Shown here one piece after another: positions 24,901 through 39,097 of a DNA stretch of 64,000 nt (its first letter is position 1; each line of letters starts with the position of its first letter). The notes below the pieces were generated by a model. That model was not told the DNA's origin. It ran no database searches and saw only the letters and a list, made by a program, of their open reading frames with translations. The DNA is from Azolla caroliniana (lineage: Eukaryota; Plantae; Polypodiophyta): the NCBI GenBank assembly GCA_043228905.1, contig JBHGNT010000003.1:6200001-6264000 (forward strand), in the 5' to 3' direction. The position numbers and the translations under genes were made by a program.

Positions 24901-27900
24901 GATATCCATCCACATTTGAAATTTTACACACATTGCATACCAGCTTCCTTCTGCATTGTAGCTGTATAATCGACTTTATAGTTTTTGTTCTCTTATGCTG
25001 TCTTTCTATTGAATCTCAAAACACCACATGAGTAAATCTTGAACAGAAAGCTCCAAAATGGTCTGATCGACGGGATGCTGTAGCTGAGCTCACAAAACTG
25101 GCTTCTGTAAAAAAGATAAGTCCGGGAGACTTCAGTGAAGTTACTCGCACTCTGAAAAAGGTATTTTATTTTTTGACTTTACAAAGAAATTGTTATTTGG
25201 AGATGCCTAATGGTGTGGTTTTAAACAGCTTATTACAGATGTAAACCTAGCTGTAGGAGTTGAAGCAGTTCAAGCGACAGGAAACCTTGCTAAGGGTCTA
25301 CGAAAAGATTTTGGCAGTGGTTCGAGACTACTGCTGCCAACATTGCTTGTATGCCATCTTCACTTCAACCTGTTTATAGTAAATATCTTCATGCAATCAT
25401 TCATTTTGTGTTTCATCTCCTCCTAACAGGAAAAGCTGAAAGAGAAAAAACCAGTCATGCTAGATGCTCTTACTCATACCCTGCAAGCGCTGCACACTAG
25501 TGGATGCCTCCAGCTGATTGATGTTTTTGAAGGTAAGTCTTTGCTACTAGCTAACTGTTATGAGTCCCTTTAATCCTCTTTTAATCCTTTTTTGGTAGCT
25601 TCTTCAATTCATAAATCAGCAATAAATCTCCCTCTTCTACTTTTACATCTGCTGGTAACGAAAATTAATGTCTACCAATTTGTATGGATATAAATTTCCT
25701 CTCATGTTTATAGATTGGTGTACGTTTGCTAGTTCTAATATTCATCTTGCATATCTTTCAGTGTTAAGAATTCATCAATATTTTGCTCTAGGGCTGTGGA
25801 ACATAAATGTCTCTCAACACAGTGTGAACCATATTAGATTTCATGGACTATTGTAGATGGATTTTGTGAAGTTCAATGTCCTGCATGGTTTATAATATTT
25901 TCTGACTTGAATTTTGGAAACCTAATTCGGCAATGTAAAGTCTAATATGGGTTTCTGGTGTACAAGCATGAATAAATTTTTTTGCTGGTTGTGTGAATGT
26001 CTTTTGGTCATGTTTGGCAGAAACTATAATATTTATGTAGGTTCTGACACAAACAACCATGTGTTCAAGATTAGAACACTATTCCACTCTGTAAAGTCTA
26101 ATCTTGTGTTTCTAATGCTTGGGCCCAAATAATTTTGTGCGTCGGTTGCATGTGTGTCTTTTTGTCATTTTTGGATATTGATTATGATATTTTTGTAGGA
26201 CCTGACATTTCAACTGTGCTTTTATGATATTTTGCTATTCAGATGTCAAACTGGCCACAAAGAACAAAGTTCCATCTGTTAGATCGTTGACATTAACATG
26301 GGTTACGTCCTCTATAGAAACAAGTCCAAAAGCGGTTGTTCTAAAACTACACAAAGATTATATTCCCATCCTGATGGAGGTAGGGATATCAACGGGTGCA
26401 TAAGTTTCTTTAAGACATGCAAACTCCTGCATATGCATTTACATCTTTTTTGTTTGCATTAGTCTGACAACTAATACATTCAGTTTCTCGTTTCTGGATA
26501 GAGTTTAAATGATGGCACACCAGATGTAAGGGATGCAGCTTTTGCTGCTCTTGCTGCAATAGCAAAGGTGTGAGCCATTTCATTTTTTCCACTTTATAAT
26601 TTACCCGGGGTTTAAAATGCTCTGCTGTCTAAAATTGTACGTAATTAGCCTCAACAGAGGTGTATCATTATATTAAAGGTCCATCTTAAGGTGGCTTTTT
26701 TTAATGAGCAAAGATTCTCTATTTTCCAACAGCTTACTGGATTTATGTCAATTTGTTGTATAGATAGTGGGCATGAGACCCCTAGAAAGGTCTTTGGAAA
26801 AGCTTGATGAAGTCAGACAAAAGAAATTAACTGAGATGATTGGTTCCACTGTCAATGGGCCTGTTCCATCTGCTACAAGTTCAGGTAACGGAAGTACATA
26901 TTTTATTTTATTTTTAGTTTTTGTTTACTGTATTAACTACCCTATTGAACTTTGATCCATACACAGTGTCAACAAGATCGTCTATACCGAATGCAAATGC
27001 ATCATCTGAGGTATGCTTTGCTTTTATGAATTATTCTTTCTTAAATGGATATGTTATGATGTTTGTAAGCAGTGTATTGTGTATTACGTTACTAATAATT
27101 GATATATTTAGATAAACTAGTTTATATAGACTACAAATCATGTGAATGACTAACTGTTAGTTTTTTGTTGAATTGCTAGGTTAGGTTGTATTGACGTGCA
27201 TATGATAACTAGTTTGTATGCAATGCATCTATTCTGGAAACTAATGAATTGACTTTTATTATTCCTCATACAGAAATATCCATCTATGTATTATATATTT
27301 ATTTGAAAGGTTCTTTCTTCATGTAGGGAGCCGAGGGTGGTGTAGTTAGGAAATCTGCGGCAAGTATGCTGTCTGGAAAGAAGCCATCCCAGCCTTTGGT
27401 AATTTGAATTACAAATTCGTTGAGCAGGATATTAGGAAAATATGGATTGCATAGTTATGTTATGTTTTCTTAAGCAGTAAAAAAGAAGGGAAGTGTTTCT
27501 TACGATCTTGAATTTTGATGTTGAGAACCATGCTTATGACATGTGTCCTTTCCTTAAATATGTTTTGCCTTTGACATCTGCCATCACATTTTTTTGATTG
27601 TTACATTCTTTCAGTTTTCTCATACTTCAACCCAGCCTTTTGTAATTTTGAGTACTCCACTACTGTAACAGGATATTATGAAAATATGGATGCATATTCA
27701 TTATATTTGTATAAGCTGTAAGTGATGATTTCTGGAATCATACATTTCTAAATAAATGCAGAGAATCGTGCTGCTTGTAACAGGATGCGTATGAAAAGTT
27801 TAGAAATGACATATCATCCGAAGAGATGGATATTATATACTTTCATTTGCCTTGTATCGGTACAATAGTTGCTCCTAGCAGGAAGAGTAATATTTAGCAC

Positions 27901-30900
27901 AGATTGAATGTGTTGCCTATTTCCATACCTTTGTACTAAATTTAATGGTCATCACTTATCATGGAATTTTGTCTACTGCTTATGTGTATCAGTTCTAAAC
28001 AAGTTTTATTCATGCTGTTTATTTGAATAATCTATATATAAAAATCACAATCTGTATATAAAGGGAAAACATCATGCATTTATGATGACTTTGTTTTATT
28101 GGTGGTTAAATGAACTTACATATTTTCATGATTACTCAGCAAACAACGAAGAAACCCGGAACATCCAAGAAAAGTGGTGATAGTGGAGGATCACATGGCA
28201 AGAGCTCTACCAGTGAGGCTGCTGAAGAGGTTGAGGTAACCATTCAGTTGTATTATAATTTATTGCAGATTTTGTTGACAATTGAGATCATTTCTCACTT
28301 CATTCCTTTTGAAAACAGCCTTCTGAAATGTCTTTGGAAGAGATTGAGACAAAGGTAGCAGGGCTTCTGCAGGAAGAAGTGATTGTAAATCTGAAAAGTT
28401 CTGTGTGGAAGGAGCGCCTTGAAGGTGAAGAAAATCTAATCTCTTTTAGAATCAAATTTGCAGTCTTTGTTAAAATCCTCTTTTTCCACAAGAAAGGGAT
28501 GCATTTTAGGTTTTAATCTTGTTTATTAGCAACATTCTCTCTTGCAGTTATTTTTTATAACATGTCCTTATATTCAAACAATACATAGCATGTCATAACT
28601 ACCAAAGACGGTCTCGTACTACCAAAGCAGTTATGTAGTACAAAGTCTCGTACTATTACTGATGCAGAGTTTCATAAATAAAGGTAGATACCTGAAATTT
28701 AAGTGTTGTGATTGCAGCAATGGTCTCTTTAAAAGAGTCAGTAGAGACTTTAGGAGAACTTGACAAACATACAGAAATTCTTGTTCGTTTGTTGTCGGCG
28801 TTGCCTGGATGGGCTGAAAAGAATGTACAGGTAAAAAAGAATGTCTGAGATTCTGAATCTAGGATTAAAATGAATTCTGTAATCCTTTGCTTATTTTGGA
28901 TTGTCAAATGGACAGGTACAACAAAAAGTAATCGAAGTTGTTTGTGATTTGGCTGAACGTTCATCATCATTTTCAAAGCGATGCGTTGTGCTCTGCATAG
29001 TTGGTGAGTGAATGCAAACCATATTTTCATTTTTGTGGTTTCAATATTTGAGTGCATGTCCAGCAAAAATTAGGTAATTAAAATGAGCTTTTGGTTTGTG
29101 CTGCATGAGCAGGTGTTGGTGAAAGAGTGTCCGATATAAAAACACGGGCGCAAGCTATCAAATGTCTAACTGCATTTTGTGAAGCTGTTGGTCCAGGATT
29201 TGTCTTTGACAGAGTACTGATTGCCTTGTGTAAATAATTAGATTCGTATCCCATTGTTGTATAATAAACTGATACATTCCTCGTATCGTGTCTTTTAGTT
29301 CTCCAAAATTATGAAGGAGCACAAGAATCCGAAAGTTCTAAGCGAAGGTATTCTTTGGATGGTGACTGCAGTTGAAGATTTTGGTGTTAGCCATTTGAAG
29401 CTGAAGGTAAGTCATCTAAATAATCGTTTAAATCGATGATTTCTCTGTTTTTGGTTCTTGAATAAACTGCGAGTTTACACTTTACTAGTCATATAGGGGT
29501 TATATGGTCTCATTATTGTTTATCTTTGATTTCTATTTTGATATTTTCTCACTACATAATTAAAATTTATTTCAGGATGTCATTGATTTTGCAAAAGATA
29601 TAGGATTGCAATCAAGTGTTGCTGTTAGTAGAACTGCTGCAACTAAACTCCTTGGTGCTCTGCACAAGTTTGTGGGCCCAGGTATTTTCTGATCATATTC
29701 TCTTAATGAAGATCTTGTTTTAGTTCTTTGACTCCAATTTTCTGTGTTTGTTGCAGATCTTAAGGCATTTGTTTCTGATGTGAAACCAGCACTTCAAAGT
29801 GCATTAGATGCGGAGTTTGAGAAAAATCCATATGAGGTAGAATTGAGTGAGCTAATTATAGCTTTAGAAGACCAATTATTTTAATCTCATGTAGACTTCA
29901 CTGACCTTTCTGAGCTGAAGCTGATTATTGCTATTTTTTGGATAGGGACCTGTCACTGCAAAGAGAACGATAAGGTCTGCTGATGCAAATGAAAGTGCTG
30001 GCAGTGCAAGTAGTGATGGATTACCTAGAGAAGACATCAGCTCCAAGTTGACGCAAACTTTGATAAAGAATCTAAGCAGTGCAGATTGGAAGGTAACTAT
30101 TAGTTTCAATGAAAAGCACGGGTTTTGGGAAAGTTATAAAAGTAACATAAACCCTTCTAAAGAATTATATGGTCTGAAATTTCTTTTAGATGTTATGTCT
30201 CATCTAGGGGTGATTAGAAGATTACATCATGCCATATGCTTTGCACAGCTATGTTGCCCTTCAATTTGCTGCATGTCCTGATTTTAGAATGATGCAAACA
30301 AAGCAATTAATAGTGAAATTTGACAAAAAACTGTTAGGATTTTGGGTTCGAATTTGCAATAATGCATGTAATTTTGTCTATTATGTCGACTTTTGCCTAT
30401 ATGATATCTCGTCTGAATAAATTTCTTTCAAAAAATTTGTTCATGCATATATGAGCAACATATGATGTTAATTCAAGCTTACATTTTCAGGTTCGTCAAG
30501 AATCAATAGAGAGTGTTAATAAAATAATTGAGGAAGCAAATAAAAGAATACAGACAACAGGAACAGGTACGTTTTCTTAATCTGTTCTCTTGAAGTTCTA
30601 GAGTAAAATTAATTAGATATTGTGTGGAGGCTTTTTAATTGTGTTCTGCCATGTTTCGTGATGATTATACAGGCGAATTGTTTACATCTCTTCGAGGTCG
30701 TCTGTCAGACTCAAATAAGAACCTGGTCATGATGACATTGACGACACTTGGCAATCTAGCGTCTGCAATGGGACCAGCGGTTGATAAAACAAGCAAGGTA
30801 TTCTTCATTATTTATTTTGAAAATTATTTCAGGGAGTTTGAGTGGCTTAATGACTTGTGATACAATGTCAATGTAGGGAGTTCTTGGAGACATCTTGAAG

Positions 30901-33900
30901 TGCTTGGGTGATAACAAGAAACTAACGCGAGAAACAGCGATTAAAACTGTAGATGTTTGGAGTATCATACTGCAGCTTGACAAAATTGTAAGGAAGAGTA
31001 AATACGTGAAATGATTTTGGATAAAAATGGTTTACTCTTTTTTCTGGGTGTTTTGTTGTGGCAGATGCCTTACATTATTCCAGCATTAGTAGATTCTAAG
31101 ATCTGTGCTGATGGCCGCAAAGAGCTTATAGAGTGGTTAACAAAACAAATGACAAAAGTTAGTGATCCAGCAGAATTAGTCCCATTGATAAAACCGATGG
31201 CTTTGTCGCTGCAGGTGACTTGAATTCCTCAAGTTAATTGTATTTTTAAATGGTATCTAGGACAAATCATAGTTAAATATTCATTCTGTGTTTTAAAAAT
31301 ATCTCCAGGACAAGTCCTCTGAGGTCCGTAAAGCTGCTGAACTGTGTTTGGTGGATCTTATCAAGACTTGTGGCCCAGAGAAGGTTTCATGATTTTAAAG
31401 TTCAGAACTTTGTTGATTTTTGACATCAATCTTGGTTTTTTGAAATTGTATGTATATTTTATTTCTGTAGACCCACCGAGCTCTAAAAGATCTTCAGGGC
31501 TCTGCTTTAGCTGCAGTGCAACCTATTTTAGATAGACAAAGATCTTCAGGTATGATTTATCTCTATTGTGTGGTCATGAATGTTTGGATATGGATAACTT
31601 GATAAATTATTTTGCAGATTTTGTAGACTCGATGAATTCTAGTAGACCTGTCCAATCAAAAGGGGCAGTAAAGAGTACCAAAACAGTTCCAGTTAGCTCA
31701 GGAGAGCATACATCCTTGAAACATGGAATGGCTAGGCCGACTGCTGTAAGTTTCTCTTCTGTTTTGCATGCAATCTCATATTATTGGTCTTTTGCATTCA
31801 TCTTTGGTTCTTCCAATGCAGAGGGGTAATTCCACCAAAATTTCAAGAACAGATGCTGCTGTAGCTGCTCAAGATGCTGCTGTTCAAGGCCAGGCTCTTT
31901 TCAATATGAGGGATTCCAACAAGGTTTGTGTGTCACATTTAGACCGTTGTTTTCTTATGCTTGAGTGGAGTGACATATGAGACCATAGTATCTGATATTC
32001 TGAATAATAATTAAAAATGCAAATGTGGTGCAGGAAGAGAGAGCAAAGACTCTTTCCCGGAAATTGAAATTTGAAGAGCCGCGTCTGGAACAAATACAAG
32101 ATATTGAGGTTTGGATCCCTTTTTGTTCACATGTTTGTCTTTCTATTTTTGCTGATTTGATAGGTAACATCATACATGACAGGATTGGTAGTCTTATATA
32201 ATCTAATAATTACAGGCTGATGTTATGAAATATTTTCGAGAAGATTTACATCGCCGTTTGTTAAGCCCAGACTTTAAAAAGCAAGTTGATGGTCTTGATC
32301 TATTGCAGAAGGTAATTGCTGTCTATTCATTTGTCTTCCTTCTGTCATCATTTTCTGAATAGCGATTCAATAGGTGGTGCATAGTATAGTTCTAGGAGTA
32401 GTGTTGATAACAGTGCATAGTCAAACGAAAAAGAGGGAAAACTTGCTGCCACCAACACATTCATATGATAGTGTCTGAGTAGTGTATTGATGAAGAATGG
32501 GTAGACAGATGCATGTACCAATCTAGAGGAAATAGCTGACATTCAGCATCAATGCTTGTAATCAAGCAGACATAGATTACAATGAAGCATTTCCATATGT
32601 AGTCTTATCAACTTTCTGAACATGACAGTCATTGGCCAACCACATAAAAGAAATGATTGAACTTGTGGATGTCATCTTCAAGTGGTCAGTGCTGCGTTTT
32701 TGTGAGTCCAATACCACTTGCCTCTTGAAGGTAAAACATTTTATTCTTTGCTTCCAATAATTATAAATTTGGTTAGATTCTTGTATGTAATATTAATGGT
32801 ACATTTATCTAGGTTCTGGAGTTTCTACCAGAATTTGTTGAAGCTATGAAAAATGAAGGGTACACACTCACAGAATATGAGGCTAATATTCTTCTTCCCT
32901 GTTTAGTTGATAAGGTGAATGTTTTTGTCTATAAGCAATTGTAATGTATGTATTATCAAGTTTTGGACCTGTTTTACTTAGTTCCATTTGTGTGTGGCAT
33001 ATATAGTCAGGGCATAATATAGAGAAGGTTCGAGAAAAAATGCGAGAACTTACAAAACTGATGTGCTGTATATATCCAACATCCAAATTATTTGTATATA
33101 TCTTGGAGGGTTTAAAGTCGAAAAATAACCGCACTAGGATTGAATCTGTGGATCACATTGGCTATTTGATCGAACGAATTGGTGTTGAGGTCAGTTCTGG
33201 CAATTTACTGGTCTCATTTTCAATTACTTTTGTTTACTCATTAGCTAGAAGTTAAGTGGGTCGATTTGTTTTGATAGATATGTGGGCCAACAAAAGCTCT
33301 GCAGTCCATTTCTGCACTTACATCTGAACGGGATGGGGAGATCCGGAAGTCTGCTTTACAAACTTTGTCTGTAGCATATAAAATTCTTGGTACTTTTTTA
33401 TAATTGGAATTACTTATGCACTTTCTGTGGTACTTTACTATGTTTATTGTTTAGCTTTATGCACTTTCTATCTGGTTTGCAGGGGATGATATCTGGAGGC
33501 ATATTGGCAAACTTTCTGATGCCCAAAGAAGTATGCTTGATGATAAATTCAAGTGGAAGGTAGCATTGCATGTGCATAGTAAGGTTTTAGAAAGTAAATC
33601 TGGCAAAGTGTTTGAATTTTGAATTTTTTTTAGGCACGGGAGATGGATAGAAAAGGAGAAGGAAAACCAGGAGTAGACAGGCCTGGTCAACGAACATGTC
33701 ATGAAAATGGGTATGCAACTGAGTACATGTATGAAGTAGTAGTGTATGAATAACCTTTGATTGATATTGCTTTGTGTTTTTCCAATTTGACAGTGTTGAT
33801 GCTGAGCAGAGTGCAGAAATGATGCCAAGGCAGTCAATGACTGTACTACAAGCGCAAAGGTAAGTAGTTGTAGAGAAACATTTTCTTTCTTTTCTTTCTA

Positions 33901-36697
33901 TAAACTGCTAATTACCATTTTAATAATAGCATGGGTCGACCCCAATATGGACATACTGAAACTGGATTTGAGCATGCAAGCATCCATAGTTTCTCCTCCA
34001 CTGGTAGTCCATCTGATTGGAGTGAAGCTTTAGACATTATTGATTCTGGTGTCACTCCTGAACATGTAAGTTTTTTTACTGATTATATAAATAGAAAAAC
34101 AGCATTCAATTCCTTGATGCAAATATGTAAGTGTATTTTTTCCTGACTTTCTATGTAGGCCGTTGAAGGTATGAAGCTGGTTTGCCATGAACTTAATCAA
34201 GCTGGTGCAGATACAGAAGGTTCATCTCTGGATGAAATTTCCAAAGATGCAGATCGTCTTGTGCTCAGTCTAACAAAGAAGGTCGATATATAGCCTATTT
34301 ACTTTGACTTCCATGGTTTGGTTTTACTAATAACCATGTCAGAGACAACTAATTTTTATTTAATGCAGGTAGCGACTACATTTCATCTGGGTCTCGGTGG
34401 TGCATCGTCAAGGTCTTGTAAATATGTGCTTAATACTTTGATGCAAGTAAGTGTGACATCACTTCTCTGAAATGCTTCCAGAATTTCAGACACTTCATTT
34501 ATTGGTGTATTTCAATTCCATGACAGACATTCCAGCTTAAGAAGCTTGCACACCATGTGCATCAAGATACATTAAACAAACTCATAATGGAGCTGCTGCT
34601 GTGGCTCTTGGATGAGCGAGTTCCCCTAATGGATGATGGCAGTCAATTGCTAAAAGCCCTGAATGTTTTGATGCTAAAGATCTTGGTTAGAATTCAACCT
34701 TTATTCTCAAAATTATTGTTAATATTGATGGGTACTTAATACTGTGACTATTTTGACAGGAAAATGCAGATCGAACATCAGCTTTTGTTGTGCTTATACA
34801 ACTATTAAGGCCATTAGATTTATCACGATTTTCTGGTTCAAATTCTGAAGCATCAGCACTCATAAGGAGTCAGAAGTTTTCAGATCTGGTGGTGAAGTGT
34901 TTAATCAAACTAACAAAGGTTACACATAAATCTCCCAGATGTTTTCTACTTCAAAGTTATATGAACTATGAGTATTCACATCTGCATTATATTCCAGGTA
35001 CTAAGTGCAACCATTTATGAAGTTGATTTGGATCGACTTTTGCAAAGCATACATGAATATTTACAAGACTTGGGAATGGAAGAAATACGACGGAGGTTGG
35101 CAACCCCACATAGTTTCTCATGTCTACAGCAAGTCATGTGCTATGTCATCCTTTATGTAGTTTCTTCTTTTTATGGGTAATATTTTGTTTTCATTGAGCA
35201 GGGCAGGCGCAGATGACAAACCACTGAGAATGGTGAAGACTGTTCTTCATGAGCTCGTGAAATTGCGTGGAACTGCTATCAAAGGGCATTTATCAATGGT
35301 TCCTATTGACCTGGAACCACAGCCAATAATTCTTGCATATATTGATTTGAATCTTCAGGTACTTCAGAGTTTGATAATTGCAAATTTAAGTTGAAAACTT
35401 TATTTCAGACATTCTTTTGTAAATGTAAGGAACATTTTGTTTTAACTTATGCGTGTGCTCAGACACTTGCAGCTGCGAGGATGCTAACACCATCTGGTGC
35501 AGTAAGTCAGGGGCATTGGTCTGATTCTGGTCAGAATGGTGCTGCTTCTCCAGTTCCTCATTCTAATGAAGCACAGTTGAAGGTAGAAACACCAAAACCC
35601 TAAATCAGAAAGTTTGATAATTGGTGCATTTTCTCATGGTCTAAAACTGATTTGCTTATGTGCATTTTCTCATGGTCTAAAACAGCAAGAACTTGCTGCT
35701 ATCTTCAAAAAAATTGGTGACAAACAAACGTGTACGATAGGCTTGTATGAGCTCTATCGCATAACACAACTCTATCCGCAGGTGAGTTTTATGATTACTA
35801 TCATTCTTTTCAAATCCACAGGATTTTTTGTCTAACAGTGTTATTGTACATTAGGTGGACATATTTTCACAGTTGCAAAATGCTAGTGAGGCTTTTCGGA
35901 CATATATTCGTGATGGATTGGCACAGGTCATTACCCTTTTCGGCATGCATATCATTTATATGTTAGACTTAGTATTTTAATTGAAAATTTCGTCACCTTT
36001 GAATTGGAATTTTGTATTTCTGAACTCAGATGGAAAAGAATGCTGCGGCAGGAAGAACTCCAGGAAGTTTTCCTGTTGCAACTCCACCACCTGTTTCGTC
36101 ACCTGTTCTCAACTCTCCTAAAATTGCCTTGCCTTCATCACTCAATACAAGATTGCAATCAATGAGACTAGATGGCCAACATCAGGATACAGGTGACCGC
36201 ATGAATGGTAGTAATACACCTCCTGGTTCAGATTTCAGGAAAGAATACCAAAATGCTCGAGCTTTTGCTGGGGTAAATGAGGTCATGTCTAACTTGGGTG
36301 GTGAGTCTGTTTTACGTCGATTCACATGCATATTAGTGATATTATTTGTTTGTCATTCACAAATCAATGTTGGGTCATCAAATTGTTTTTTGAAGGAGAA
36401 GGAAAAATGGATTATGGAGCACCAACACCAGGAACATTAGATGCGATCAGGGAAAGAATGAAAAACATACAAGCAGCGGCTGCAGGAAAGGTTTCTAATG
36501 CTGGGCAATACAGTAATGGATCACCAATGAATGTCTCTCAGAATGTAGTGAATTCACGAGCAATGGATGCTTCTATGATAGAATCTGTATCGCAGAGTGG
36601 AGAAGCAGCCCACCTTCCTCTTGAAGATAAAGCTTTGTCTGGTTTACAAGCGAGAATGGAAAGACTAAAAAGTGGAGCTCTCGGGAATTTCGTATAG
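20004..36697 (+). CDS. MOR1: MICROTUBULE ORGANIZATION 1 / GEM1 (XMAP215/ch-TOG family), 54 coding exons, ~2036 aa
   Basis: N-terminus MAEDEKLLKEAKKLPWEDRLAHKNWKVR; TOG/HEAT motifs (ELFDHQDQNVRASAKGLTIELCRWIG, KWSDRRDAVAEL, WKERLE, GLPREDIS..WKVRQES); C-terminus GLQARMERLKSG. Exons: 20004-20163, 20279-20384, 23541-23664, 23954-24033, 24106-24283, 24384-24448, 24581-24663, 24750-24835, 25047-25160, 25229-25348, 25430-25532, 26243-26379, 26502-26567, 26764-26884, 26967-27010, 27327-27398, 28140-28235, 28319-28424, 28718-28830, 28916-29003, 29113-29213, 29299-29406, 29576-29681, 29757-29836, 29946-30092, 30491-30566, 30673-30797, 30877-30987, 31065-31214, 31309-31383, 31471-31549, 31618-31745, 31822-31923, 32034-32108, 32216-32311, 32629-32730, 32813-32914, 33007-33189, 33278-33389, 33483-33559, 33634-33710, 33794-33859, 33930-34065, 34159-34281, 34369-34446, 34527-34685, 34760-34918, 34998-35095, 35202-35358, 35463-35582, 35686-35781, 35855-35926, 36030-36300, 36396-36697. 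All introns are GT-AG and the exons sum to 6111 nt in frame. Confidence 0.97.
21854..21917. repeat. (AG)n microsatellite in MOR1 intron 2
   Basis: Pure AG run of ~64 bp. Confidence 0.95.
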
Positions 36698-37734
36698 ATT
36701 CTGTTCATATCCACTGGCACCGAAAAATAGTGTGCAAGTAATGCAATATTTCAAAAACGCTCCTTTCTTTCCCTTCAAGTGGGAATATCTATCAGAGGGA
36801 TTATTCTTCCTTTAAATGCAAAGAAAAGGCAGTGAGGCGTGTGCAGCTTCATCTTTGATCATGAAGCAGAGTGAGATGCATCCTTTAAGATGTTGTAAAT
36901 CAATTACTACAACACATTGTTGAGGGGTAGAAAGCTCTTGAAGTTTTTCCTTCTGTATAAATTTTGCTGCCAAATTCGCTATTTTTTGTCCGTGTGTTTG
37001 GTGTGTCTTTCTCCTTCATTGCAAATTGCAGTGAACTCAATGCCATACGTTGAGTCCTACTTCGTAGCTCAGTTGCTTGCATATTATCTAGCTACAGGCT
37101 AAACTTCCATGTACATGTTTTATCCTCAATACAAATTAGTATATGCTACTTTATTATTTTGGAGAGCACATGGAGCTTAATGATTCCATTTATGTGCCCA
37201 AGGTGAAAATATTCTCTTCCTAGGCGACTTTTTGATTTCCTTGTATAGGAATTTTGAAAGCTTTTTGCAGTAATGTTAGTAGCTGAAATAATGCCCCAAT
37301 GTAAAGGTGAAAACAATTCCCTATCATACCCAGGAAACTTTAATTTTCGGCAGGTCTGTAGTAAAGTATGTATGTTCAGTGCTCGCCATCTCTGTTGTGA
37401 GCAATGATCTATATATTTCGTCATTGATTCTCAGACACATTATTAATGGAGGAACATTATTAGTCAGGGATGTGCAAACAGTAACTAAATAATACATGCT
37501 CCCCTTCATTCTAGGATTAGAAATTGCTTGTCCTGTTTCATTTTCGTGCATATAGCGGGGAAATTGAGTTTGCCTATAGCATGATGGAGAAGTAGATAAG
37601 ATTTTATTTAAGACCTGAGAGTTGTCATGTTTGTAAGGTGTTGTGTAAATGTCCTGAACACACAGAGACACTTCATAAAACTATTAAGTGTTTGGATTAT
37701 TTACTAATGAAATCTAACCTCTGAATGTGTTAAT

Positions 37735-37769
<35 letters not shown>

Positions 37770-37772
<3 letters not shown>

Positions 37773-38503
37773 GTGAAGACACAATTATATTAATAAATGT
37801 GTGTAAAAACACTACTTATAATGGGTGTGACCATGAAGTATGGTTACCCACTAACTACACTACACTACATGGGTAATAGAACATGTTGAATTGCTAATAG
37901 GATTTCCACTTGCTCCATTAGTACTCCCTTCAACTTTCGCACATATGCTTTCACTCCATGTCTACCATCAAATACAAAAGCGTTGTGTATATTCCAATTA
38001 TGATGCAATCACAAATATCTCAAAAATAGAAAAACAATCTCCATCTTTGACTTTGGGTCCACTTGTGTAAATTGTGCAAACACCCATTGTTTGACTAGGT
38101 GTCAAATAACACCGTGATAAAACTTGCCAAATTTGAGAAGCAATCGGGCATTGTATAAATCGATGAGTACTATCTTTCATTTGAACAGTGCAAAAAAAGC
38201 AATTACCCGTTGCTAGTCCACGACGCTTTAGAGCTAATCCCAAAGGCGATCCTCCAATCAAAACTCTCCAAATGAAGACCTTTGCTACAAGTGGCAATTT
38301 AGAATGCCAACTACGTTGTAAGATTTGCCACCACCCATGATCAGATTTGTGTAATCTCCATTTTTCTTCAACCTTAGATGATAACCATCCAAGAGACTCA
38401 ACAGAGCAATGATACAAAAGATTAGTAGTCACTAGTAACAACGATGTTTGACCCTTTAAACACCAAGCAATCCACGATTGTTCTCCTGTTTGTAGAGGTA
38501 AGG
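37770..38503 (-). mobile_element. 5'-truncated LINE-D family copy flanked on both sides by (CT)n
   Basis: KLPLVAKVFIWRVLIGG..CFFCTVQMKDSTHRFIQCP (zf-RVT). Homologous to 39357-40047. (CT)n at 37739-37769 and 38504-38528. Confidence 0.88.
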
Positions 38504-38531
38504 TCTCTCTCTCTCTCTCTCTCTCTCTATT

Positions 38532-38732
38532 TAGATTTGCAAATATAAATGTGTGCACCTGTGCCTGACCATGATTATATTTGTAGATTTGCCAAGGTTC
38601 ACTGATTACAAACACACACACACACTCACTCACTCACTCACTCACTCTCTCTCTAGATTTGCAAATATAAATGTGTGCACCTATGACTGACCATGATTAC
38701 ATATGCAGATTTGCCAAGGTTCACTAATTACA
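38532..38732. repeat. ~80-bp direct duplication separated by (CA)n(CACT)n(CT)n
   Basis: TAGATTTGCAAATATAAATGTGTGCACCT...AGATTTGCCAAGGTTCACT.ATTACA at 38532-38610 and 38654-38732. Confidence 0.9.
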
Positions 38733-38849
38733 TTAAATTGAATTATACATAATTTGTCTGTATTCAATCACAATCTTGCACTTGCCTACTGATGGTATAT
38801 CTTCACACACACACACACACAAATCTACCTATCTATCTTATGTAGGGAG

Positions 38850-39020
38850 AGGGACATCTTGTTATGCCATTAGAAAACCTGATCCCCACATACTTTAACA
38901 TCCAGAAATTCCACATAAGAATACCTTTCAACTTCATCATATAGGCTTTCATTCTTTGTTTGTTATCAAACATGAAAGCATTATGCAACCTTGAACATAT
39001 TGAGAAAAAACCTATTATTG
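38850..39020 (-). mobile_element. Diverged LINE-D-like C-terminal fragment
   Basis: LHNAFMFDNKQRMKAYMMKLKGILMWNF versus MRNAFVFDGRHGLKAYLRKVKGVLMCQF in LINE D. Confidence 0.6.
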
Positions 39021-39097
39021 AGGGTCGAGGTCTCAAATAATAAAGGGTCAGAAGTTGAAGTATTTATTAGATTCTTTCTCTCTATCTCTCTTTCTTT

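Noticed and set aside
20004-36697. Non-canonical (GC-AG or AT-AC) introns, or frameshifts, in MOR1
   Set aside because: A manual walk gave 53 GT-AG introns and a continuous frame.
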